The position numbers were made by a program, and so were the translations under genes. 46,179 nt of DNA, from the NCBI RefSeq assembly GCF_001194135.2, contig NC_068997.1, positions 14,773,391 to 14,819,569 on the forward strand. Reading direction: 5' to 3'. Under the pieces are notes generated by a model that saw nothing but the letters and a program-made list of their open reading frames with translations, was not told where the DNA came from and made no database searches. This DNA is from Octopus bimaculoides (lineage: Eukaryota). Shown one piece after another: positions 36,571 to 46,179 of the stretch (positions are counted from its first letter, which is position 1; each line of letters starts with the position of its first letter).

Positions 36571-36699
36571 CAACTTATGTTTCTCTATAGGTTTATTGAC
36601 AGTAAAAGATTTTGTAGCTTCATCAAACACACCAAAATTGCTACATGCAGATATCCAGCAAACCTCCACAAACCTATAATGTTTCACTGTGCCTATCTA

Positions 36700-37030
<331 letters not shown>

Positions 37031-37375
37031 TTACACACACACACACACTTCAAATAATGGTCTGCTTTAGCAATAATAAATGTGATCGAGGGTTGCATGA
37101 AATGCTTTTACCCTCCTTCTGGTGTCTTGATTCTAATGTAGGTCTTCACAGCCTAAAGCCCAGTCTTACAGCTCAATTTAGTTGGCACACCATGAACTCT
37201 GTCTAATTCATGAAGCACAAAATGCTAATGTGAGATATGTAGGCTTCAGCTCCATGTTGGACTCTTAATTGATACATTTTATGAAGCAACAAGCATGTAT
37301 GTATGCATGTGTGTGTGTATGTGCGTGTGTGAGTGTGTGAGTGTGTGTGTGTGTGAGTGCACATGTGTGTGCATG

Positions 37376-37520
37376 CATCTACCAAATCCACTCACAAGTT
37401 TTTGGTCAGCCAGTGGCGATAACTGTAAGTCGAAGACACTTGCCTAAGATGACATGCGATGGGATTGAACTCTAGGCCATATGGTTGAGAAGCAAGTTTC
37501 CTACCATACACCCATGCCTC
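37376..37520 (-). mobile_element. SINE family A 5' half
   Basis: tctaccaaatccactcacaag...gaagacacttgcc...gggattgaact. Confidence 0.7.
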
Positions 37521-37626
37521 AGCCTTACAAACATACCCACACATGCACACACACACACACACATCTGTGTGTACTTGCATGCATCTGCAACTGCTTCAAT
37601 ATTCACAATCGGTGCTGGACTACAAA

Positions 37627-37983
37627 CATCATCATCATTTATCGTCCGTTGTCCATGCTGGCATGGGTTGGACAGTTCGACCAGGGCTGGTAAGCTGGAG
37701 AGCTGCACCAGACTCCAGCTTGATCTGGCATGGTCTGCTATGGCTGGATGCCCTTACCGATGCCAACCACTCCAAGAGTGTGACGGGTGCTTTTACGTGC
37801 CACCAGCACGGGTGTCATTTGCATGACACCAGGGTGCTTTTATGTGCCACTGGGATGGGTGTCAGTTTGCATGGTATTGGTATCTGCCACGACTGTGATT
37901 TTGCTCGGTTTCATGGGTCTTCTTCTTAAGCACAACGTAATGCCAAAGGTCTCGGTCATTGCCTCTGTGAGGCCCAACACTCA
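37627..37983 (-). mobile_element. 5'-truncated RTE LINE: last codons plus complete 3' UTR
   Basis: Minus strand LGLTEAM (frameshift) DRDLWHYVVLKKKT, an RTE-type C-terminus, followed by tggcac/aaaagcacc repeats, ggtaagggcatccag and a gatgatg tail. Confidence 0.75.
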
Positions 37984-38003
37984 TGTTAATAATTTTTGTC
38001 AAC

Positions 38004-38147
38004 AGGTGCAGATGTGGGTGTGTGGTAAGAAGCCTGCTTGCCAACCACATGGTTCCAGTTTCAGTCTGACAGTGTCACACCTTGGACAAGTATCTCGTGC
38101 TATAGCCTCAGGATTTGATAGACAGAAACTGAAAGAAGCCCATTGCC

Positions 38148-38205
<58 letters not shown>

Positions 38206-38215
38206 NNNNNNNNNN

Positions 38216-38261
<46 letters not shown>

Positions 38262-38505
38262 TGTGAGTGTGTATGTATGTATTTATGTGTGTGGCTGTGT
38301 TTGTCCTCACAACCACCACCATTGCTTGACAATTGATGCTGGTGTGCTTATGTCCCCGTAACTTAGCAGTTCGGCAAAAGAGTTTGATAGAATAAGTGCT
38401 AGGCTCACAGCAAATAAGTCCTGGGCTCGATTACTTCATCTGAAACCCTTTAAGGCAGTGCTCCAGCATGGCCATGGTGAAATTGCTTGAAACCGATAAA
38501 AGAGC
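38004..38505 (+). mobile_element. SINE family A full-length copy with an expanded internal (TA)(TG) tract
   Basis: Head, ggaaactgaaagaagccc-like segment, microsatellite at about 38150-38290, 3' module, tail gtgctccagcatggcc. Confidence 0.85.
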
Positions 38506-38976
38506 ATACTGTGTGGAGAGCCCTGCACTTTCAAATCTCTTTTGCTTAAAGATTCCCTTGGCAAAAACCGGCAACCAGGTAAGAATTGGCAACGGGGGGG
38601 CGCATCATCTGGCTTTAAAAATCCTGCTTCAAATGATTCCCTTTCTAACATGTCCTTGCATGGGAAAAAGAGAAGATGGCAAAGCAAAAACAAAACAAAA
38701 TTTTAAAAAATGGATGGACGGATAAATGAATGTATGAAAGATATTATAAAGCAAAAAAGAAATGAATAAATAAATAATGAATGAGCGAGTGAATGAAATT
38801 TATTTGTGCATGTGTTTATTTATATTCAATCCTATTTTCGTAGTTATTGTCCTGGTCAATGACGTTATAATAATCCAACGTTTTGCTATCATATATAAAC
38901 GAACATATCTATATGTTTACAGGCTAATGTTATGTGTATGTGCACATAACATACACGTATACATACATATACACAC

Positions 38977-39021
<45 letters not shown>

Positions 39022-39307
39022 NNNNNNNNNNNNNNNNNNNNNNNNNNNNNNNNNNNNNNNNNNNNNNNNNNNNNNNNNNNNNNNNNNNNNNNNNNNNNNN
39101 NNNNNNNNNNNNNNNNNNNNNNNNNNNNNNNNNNNNNNNNNNNNNNNNNNNNNNNNNNNNNNNNNNNNNNNNNNNNNNNNNNNNNNNNNNNNNNNNNNNN
39201 NNNNNNNNNNNNNNNNNNNNNNNNNNNNNNNNNNNNNNNNNNNNNNNNNNNNNNNNNNNNNNNNNNNNNNNNNNNNNNNNNNNNNNNNNNNNNNNNNNNN
39301 NNNNNNN

Positions 39308-39350
<43 letters not shown>

Positions 39351-39383
39351 GTATATATATGTATATGTATATATATGTATTTG

Positions 39384-39414
<31 letters not shown>

Positions 39415-39842
39415 AAATGTATATATGTCTACATGAACATAGAGAGAGAAAGTGAAGAGAGAGAGAGAGAGAGAGAGAGAAGAGAGAGTTTTCCAAAGAA
39501 ACTGTCTAATGTATACACATACACAAATAGACAATCTTTGGTTATTGCTATTATCATCGCTATCTTCCTCGTCGTAATCGTTGTTGTTGTTGTTATTGTT
39601 GCTCATTATTGTCTGTCTCTTCATGGTGCTAATGTTTTCAGTCGCATATGTTAACTGTTGTTATTATGCACACACTTCTCTTCGTTGCCTTAATTTGCAA
39701 ATGAATAAAAGAAACTACTAATTGCTGGAGGATGGCGTGCAGGTCAGGGTGGAGAATGAATATAGGTAAATAGGTGTGTGCTTGTTCAAGATTGCGTAAA
39801 CGTATCTGTCTACATAGGTGTGCGCGTGCACAAACACACACA

Positions 39843-39903
<61 letters not shown>

Positions 39904-40548
39904 GTATGTGTGTGCTTTTTGTGTTTGTGTGTGTATCTGTTGTATCTCTATGTGTGTGTACAAGGTTGGGTTAGGGTTTCATGCCATCATTTTAAGCAAC
40001 TCAAATGTAATTTAATACAAAACTAAAAATGAAATGAGCAACAGCACGTGTGCGCACTTTTCAATGAATAGGTTTCTCTAAAAACAGATTTTGATATACA
40101 AGCTTTTCATCTGAAACACGAAGAAATTAAAAGGAAAAAAAAATATTTTAATAAATCATTAAGTAGATAAATAAACCAAATGAATTTTAAAAACAAAAAA
40201 AAAATTTAAGAACAACATTAATACCAACAAAAACAACAATGGCATTTTGTTTGTTGTAATCTGTTTTAGAGTAACTTCCCTTATGAGATCAACTTATAAT
40301 CCCCTGATAAAATATGCAAAACTGGAGTTGGGAAATGGGGTTGAAATGTCCCTTTGATAATTTCCAGGAATCCCGTTTCATGTAAAATTATCAAAAGTTA
40401 TTCAAATTAATTTTCTCTAATGAGATCTGGAGAAAAATTATTCTTTAATATTTATAGCAATTAATAGCTTTCATGTGTGAACAAACATAGATAGATAGAT
40501 TAATAGATAGACAGACAGACAGACACACAGACACACAGACAGACAGAC

Positions 40549-40602
<54 letters not shown>

Positions 40603-41374
40603 GTAACTATTTATGTGTTTTAGCAAATCTGGGTAGCCATCTTTTGTTTAGACAAGCTGAAAACAAACTTCCTGTTTGTTATTTAGTGTATCTGATTAAT
40701 TTTATTACCATTACACATATTCTTTTAGCGTTTTGTTTATTTTTTTATCTTAATTTATTTTATTAAATTATTTATTTATTATTGCTTATGTTCAAATAGA
40801 AAATTGGAACTATGAAAATCATGATATTTCTGACATCTAAAGGGGATTTTATTCATTTCTATCGGCTTTTATTTGTCGAAGATTAGTGCAGTAGCCAGCC
40901 ATTTTGTTTAAGTGGTAAGTGATGGTTTATTTTGATTGATTGCCAAGAATCATTGGAGCAGTAAGTTCTTTAATTTTGTTTTCTTGTCTGTTTGTTTTTA
41001 CAGTTTTATTCTAATTGTGCATGACTGTATTAGTTTTCTTTTCTTGCTTGCTCTGTGAACATATCACACACAAACACAAATGCATACACAGACACAATTG
41101 CACACACAAACACATACACAAATGTATATACTTGCATGCAGATATACTTTGACACAAATATTTATTAAAACTTATTAGTGAACAGACTAACAAAAACCGA
41201 AACATGCAACTTTAAATACACTTATAGCAGACTCATAAGAACAAAATCTAACAGTAGAAGGGCTTAAGCTTCTCAGTACACCAAGAAAGAGGTATAACAA
41301 TAAACGAATAAATAAGTAAGTGCTATTACAGAATAATACTGATAAATTGTCTGATTCTGCACACAGAGAAGAAA

Positions 41375-41660
41375 ATGGGTGACATAGAGCAATATCATGA
41401 TTTAAGTAGAGTGACTAGACACCAGGGTATATATATATACCCAGCAAGAGAAGCTGAGAGGGAGAAGTCTGCCAATGTTCTAAGACATAAAGAGCAAAGG
41501 CATGATGGGTTCCTTGTTGTGAAGAAATGCAAGGGAGAAAAATCAAGACATGACTGAGAGGTGTGTACACAATGGTAATAGCACTCTTGCAGACATTGAA
41601 AAGAAAGAGGTAAGGAAGTGTTATTACAAGAGGTTGCTGAATGAAGAGAAGGCATGGTCA
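41375..41660 (+). pseudogene. RTE-clade LINE internal fragment (between the endonuclease and RT domains)
   Basis: AREAEREKSANVLRHKEQRHDGFLVVKKC (frameshift) EKNQDMTERCVHNGNSTLADIEKKEVRKCYYKRLLNEEKAW resembles the RTE ...EKC..NDG.LA....W..HY.RLLNEE..W motif. Confidence 0.65.
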
Positions 41661-41800
41661 ACTCCAAACAAATATATATACATATATAAATTTAAATAAT
41701 AAGGGTGAAAAATTGAGTATTAATTTAATTAATGTCAATTTAAAACCAGTGGCCTAGCATATTGGAAAATCTGAAGATTCAGAAAAATTATATTACATAC

Positions 41801-42026
41801 ATATAAGAGGGATGACCACGAAGTGGACATCCATTATGCTAGAAGTAGACCACCTATGGTCTGACCACTGCAAAAAGATTGTTCTCAAATTATGCTAGAA
41901 GTAGACCACCTATGGTCTGACTACTAAGAAGAGATTGTTCTCAAGAATTTTCTTGAGAACAATCTCTTCTTAGGTGGTCTACTTCTAGCATAATGGATAT
42001 CCACTTAGTGGTCATCAGTCTTATAT
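41801..42026. mobile_element. Palindromic foldback/MITE-like element
   Basis: Outer arms of about 55 bp (atataagagggatgaccac... / ...gtggtcatcagtcttatat), a perfect central 23-bp palindrome at 41925-41972, and an internal direct duplication of about 56 bp. Confidence 0.8.
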
Positions 42027-42053
42027 GTATATGTATATGTGGTGGAAAAACAT

Positions 42054-42093
<40 letters not shown>

Positions 42094-42096
<3 letters not shown>

Positions 42097-42252
42097 CTTC
42101 TTTCAGTTTCTATCCACTCAGAAAGCTTTGGTCAGCCCAAAACTATAGAAAAAGATGCTTACACAAGGTACCATGCAGTGGAACTGAACCTGGAACCATG
42201 TGGATGGGATGCTAACCTCTTACCATGCTTCCACATGTACTGTATGCTCACA

Positions 42253-42292
<40 letters not shown>

Positions 42293-42723
42293 CAGGCTTC
42301 TTTCAGTTTCCATCCACTCAGAAAGCTTTGGTCGGCCTAGAACTATAGAAAAAGATGCTTACCCAAGGTACCATATAGTGGAACTGAACCTGGAACCATC
42401 TGGATGGGATGCTAACCTCTTACCATACTTCCACATGTACTGCATGCTCACACACACAGGCACATAAAGACACACACATACACACACAACAAGCTTCTTT
42501 CAGTTTCCATCCACTCAGAAAGCTTTGGTCAGCACAGAACTATAGAAAAAATGCTTACCCAAGGGACCATACAGTGGAACTGAACTTGGAACCATGTGGA
42601 TTGGATGCTAACCTCTTACCACACTTCCACATACCATTTGCTCACACACACAGGCACATAAAGACACATACACATGCACACACACACAGGCACATAAAGA
42701 CACACACAAACGCACGCACACAC

Positions 42724-42763
<40 letters not shown>

Positions 42764-42920
42764 CAAGCTTCTTTCAGTTTCCATCCACTCAGAAAGCTTT
42801 AGTCAGCACAGAACTATAGAAAAAATGCTTACCCAAGGGGCCATACAGTGGAACTGAACTTGGAACCATGTAGATGGCATGCTAACCTCTTACCATGCTT
42901 CCACATGTACTGCATGCTCA
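42094..42920 (-). repeat. Four-unit tandem array of a SINE-A-derived unit of about 155 bp with (CA)-rich spacers
   Basis: Units start at about 42094, 42294, 42491 and 42765, and all carry the same internal deletion relative to dispersed SINE A. Confidence 0.9.
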
Positions 42921-43954
42921 CACCATACACACACACACACAGGCACATAAAGACACACACACATATGTGAATGCACATACACAGAAAGATGCTCAGACTT
43001 TACTCTGGGATTCTTCTAAAATCTACCAATATTTATCAGAGGCAAATCTCAAAACCTTCTACCATGGGCTGACTATTATATTTAGTTCAACAACATACAA
43101 TTTATATACATTCTGTGTTCACGAACAAGAGATTTCTGTAGATTTCTTTTTTTTTTTTTGTAAAACTAGTTTGACAAAATGATATTCTAATTGCTCTAAA
43201 TTTACCTATTTTTACTTATGTTTGTTTTCGATGTGAAATCTTTGTCAAAAAGCATCATGGCAGTTAAGATTTTATTTCAGAAGCAACATGGAATAAAAGA
43301 TTTCGACAAGCAAAAATACTCAACTCTTTTAGGCTATTTAAGATAAGATGTGAGCATTTTCATTCCATTTCACATCACAATTTTTGTTTACTTTCATTTT
43401 TTTTTTCCGGTTTTTTTTTTCTTTCGTTTTTGTTATGCCTCGAATCTTCTTTTTGGCAAAGATGATGATGGCTTGAGACAGATTAGGATGGAGGAAAGCT
43501 TGGCATGATTAAATGTGACATGATTTCTGGCAATCTTATCTCTAAGCAGGAAAAGAAAGCAGTCAAATTTAAGCCAGTCACTGTTGATTTGGGGGCTGGA
43601 TTCTAAGATGGCAGCAATATGTCATCAAGTACATAAGAATCAGAGGGGTCATCATGAGAGAAGATTTCTTAGATTTCTACTTCAATAGAAAGATGCTTAA
43701 AGTGCAGTGACTGGTGGTGATTGAATTGGTCAATAAAGAAGTCTCCCAGTGCTGTTGCAGAACGAATCTGTTTACTAATATGGAGAAGGTTTACTTGGAC
43801 GAAGGAACCATATTATTAAAGAACCGTTGGTTTTTTTTTTGCATTTCAGCATCTTTAATTTGTTATTTCATATATATGTGTGTGTGTATGTATGTATATA
43901 TAATATATGTATGTATGTCGCTTATATTCTTTAATTATTATAAATCTTCCACTG

Positions 43955-44125
43955 TATGTATGTATGTATGTATGTATGTATGTATGTATGTATGTATGTA
44001 TGTATGCATGTATGTATGTATGTATGTATGTATGTATGTAGGTAGGTAGGTATGTATGCATGTGTGTGCATGTATGTATACGTGTGTGTGTGTTTGTGTG
44101 TATGTATGTATGGATGGATGGATGG
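43955..44125. repeat. (TATG)n/(TG)n/(GGAT)n tract
   Basis: Read directly. Confidence 0.95.
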
Positions 44126-44142
44126 GTGGATAGATAGATGAA

Positions 44143-44700
44143 TGCAGGCGTGGCTGTGTGGTAAGAAGCTTGCTGCCCAATCACATTGTTCTGAGTTCAG
44201 TCCTGCTGCCTGGCAACTTAGGTAAGTTATCTTCTGCTATAGCCTCGATCAAGTGGATGTGCAGGCACGTGGCTTAGTGGTTAGAGTGTTGAACTCATGA
44301 TCATAAGATTGCAGTTTCAATTCTTGGACATGGCAACATGTATTCTTGAGCAAGACAATTCATTTTACATTGCTCCAACCCACTCAGAGCAACCTTGTGA
44401 CAGACTGGCACTCTACCAGGGTGGAAATATATACACCATGGAAACTGAGAAACCAGCCCTTATGGCTTTACCTTACCTTTTCTTGTGAGTGGATTTGGTA
44501 GATGGAAACTGTAACATGTCTGTCGTGTGTGTGTGTGTGTAGAGGGGGTTGTGTTTACAACCCTGTAACTTAGCAGCATTGGCAAAAGAGACTGATAGAG
44601 TAGGTACAAGTCTTAGAAAAGTACTGGGACCAATTTATTCAAATAGTTCTTCAAACCAATGCTCCAACATGGGCACAGTCTAATAACTGAAATAAGTAAA
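44143..44700 (+). mobile_element. SINE family A interrupted by a nested SINE C
   Basis: The host head ends at tatagcctcgatcaa (about 44252) and resumes at cttgtgagtggatttggtag (44482); the 3' module and tail run to about 44700. Confidence 0.8.
44253..44481 (+). mobile_element. SINE family C nested copy
   Basis: gtggcttagtggttagagtg...ttcttgagcaagac...ttgctccaacccactcag...gacagactggc; homologous to 13008-13240; (CTTAC)-like tail. Confidence 0.8.
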
Positions 44701-44701
44701 C

Positions 44702-44734
<33 letters not shown>

Positions 44735-44758
44735 GTGTTATGTATATACGTACATGTA

Positions 44759-44791
<33 letters not shown>

Positions 44792-44949
44792 AACGTGTAC
44801 ATATACATACATATATATATAAATATATATACTAGCTGAATTATCTGGTAATACCAGAAGAGTGGGGTTTATTTCCAGTTCCCGTTCCCATTACACTATT
44901 TCATGTCCTATCCCATTTTCTGTTCAGTTCCCATTTAAATTACAAATTA

Positions 44950-45165
44950 TCATCATCGTTTAACGTCTATTTTCCATGCTGGCATGGGTTGGCTGGTTTG
45001 ACTGAGGGCTGGAAAGCCAGCGGCTGCACCAGGCTCCAATCTGATCTGTTAATGTTTCTACAGCCTGATGCCCTTCTTATTGCTAACCACTCCAAGAGTG
45101 TAGTGGGTGCTTTAGATATGCCACCGGCACAGGAGCCGGTCAGGTGGCCCTGGCATCAATCATGT
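44950..45165 (-). mobile_element. RTE LINE 3' end
   Basis: catcatcgtttaacgtctattttccatgctggcatgggttgg...gatgcccttctt...gtagtgggtgcttt. Confidence 0.85.
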
Positions 45166-46011
45166 TCGGATAGTGTGATACTGTGACATAGCAGATAAAT
45201 ATAAAAGGCTCAAATTTGAAACTACTCAATTTGTCAGAAACTTAAATTTTATGTAAAAGAAAAAATGCTTTTAATTTTCAAATCAAATAAAGTAACATTT
45301 TAAAGTTTAGGCTCCAATCCCCATATTTTCAATTAACCTTTATTATATTTTCACATTTAGAAATCAATGTTTTGGAGCAAATATTTTACAATTCAATATA
45401 TCTTATTGAAATTTAGAAGTTTTTTTTTTTCTTTTTTCTATTTTCCGGATAAGTAGTATACAACGTGAAGGTTACTAATACATTTCACAGTTTTCAAAGA
45501 AAGACCTGAAATCATACGTGTTAGCTATGATTTTGACATAAGAAATATCCACATGGAAAGAAAAAAAAATAAATAATAATAATAATAATAATAACAATAA
45601 TAATAATAATAATAATCAATTCAATTTTGGGTTCTTAAATTCAGGTTAAATGCAGATTTAAAGGTTTTGATGTGAAAATATCAATAAATAAGCTCAATGA
45701 AATTATTATCCTTGGCTAAGCATATCCTTCGCGTTAAACCGATAGCTACTCGTATACACACTGAGGTACCACATACACATTGAAATTCTTAACGTAGCAC
45801 TTAAAGCAACATGGTGTATGTCAACAAATTCTCTTTCTCATTTGTTGCAAATTGCCTCATTTTTATGCACAGTAGCACATATGCGTTTCTCACTTGAAAC
45901 TTACAAATAAACAACCACAAAAAAAAAAAACAGAAATAACACTCAGATACATGCAAATACAGACTTGTTTATGTGTATATGTGTGTGTATGTATATATAT
46001 GTGTGTGTGTG

Positions 46012-46040
<29 letters not shown>

Positions 46041-46042
<2 letters not shown>

Positions 46043-46092
46043 CATCATCATCATCATCATCGTTTAACGTCCGCTTTCCATGCTAGCATGAC
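46041..46092 (-). mobile_element. RTE LINE extreme 3' tail fragment
   Basis: (CAT)n-cgtttaacgtccgctttccatgctagcatg. Confidence 0.7.
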
Positions 46093-46179
46093 CCATATAT
46101 ATATGCATATATATACATACACAGATGCACACACTCACACACACATATATATATGCATAAATATATATATATATATATA

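Noticed and set aside
38540-38680. Degenerate ggcaac...gcatc...ggctttaaaaatcctgc segment resembling an RTE-type tail
   Set aside because: Too diverged to define a family or boundaries
40880-40920. Plus-strand gtg|gtaagt donor
   Set aside because: No good acceptor, and stops in all frames upstream
42094-42920. CRISPR-like repeat-spacer appearance
   Set aside because: Repeats are about 155 bp and SINE-derived, spacers are CA microsatellite, there are no cas genes, and the context is eukaryotic
43440-43830. Non-repetitive, more GC-balanced stretch with a LGDFF motif on the minus strand, like an APE endonuclease GDFN
   Set aside because: Too degenerate to assign; ORF 43714-44049 runs into a TATG microsatellite

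Overview
This is AT-rich eukaryotic draft-assembly DNA with 13 N-gaps, most of them opening at microsatellites. It is dominated by simple repeats and decayed transposable elements. The repeat families look like those of a coleoid cephalopod, probably Octopus; that is an inference from remembered repeat signatures, not a database result. I recognise no host protein-coding gene, and most entries in the ORF track are microsatellite or N-gap artefacts, so the window is probably intronic or intergenic. Supported content: (1) a complete but dead DD34D mariner with both TIRs; (2) fragments of four non-LTR lineages, namely two RLE-type families (one flanked by TAA repeats), a CR1-like 3' end, and RTE internal and 3' pieces; (3) many copies of three or four tRNA-derived SINE families; (4) two foldback/palindromic elements; (5) a four-unit tandem array built from a SINE head. 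The best second-look signal is a type I hammerhead-ribozyme fold on the minus strand at 30268-30372, with an intact catalytic core and a Penelope-type palindromic stem III. A second, degenerate hammerhead-like motif lies about 200 bp away on the same strand. I found no convincing wholly new system; the findings are mostly interesting instances of known retroelement biology. Repeat boundaries were read by eye and are approximate.
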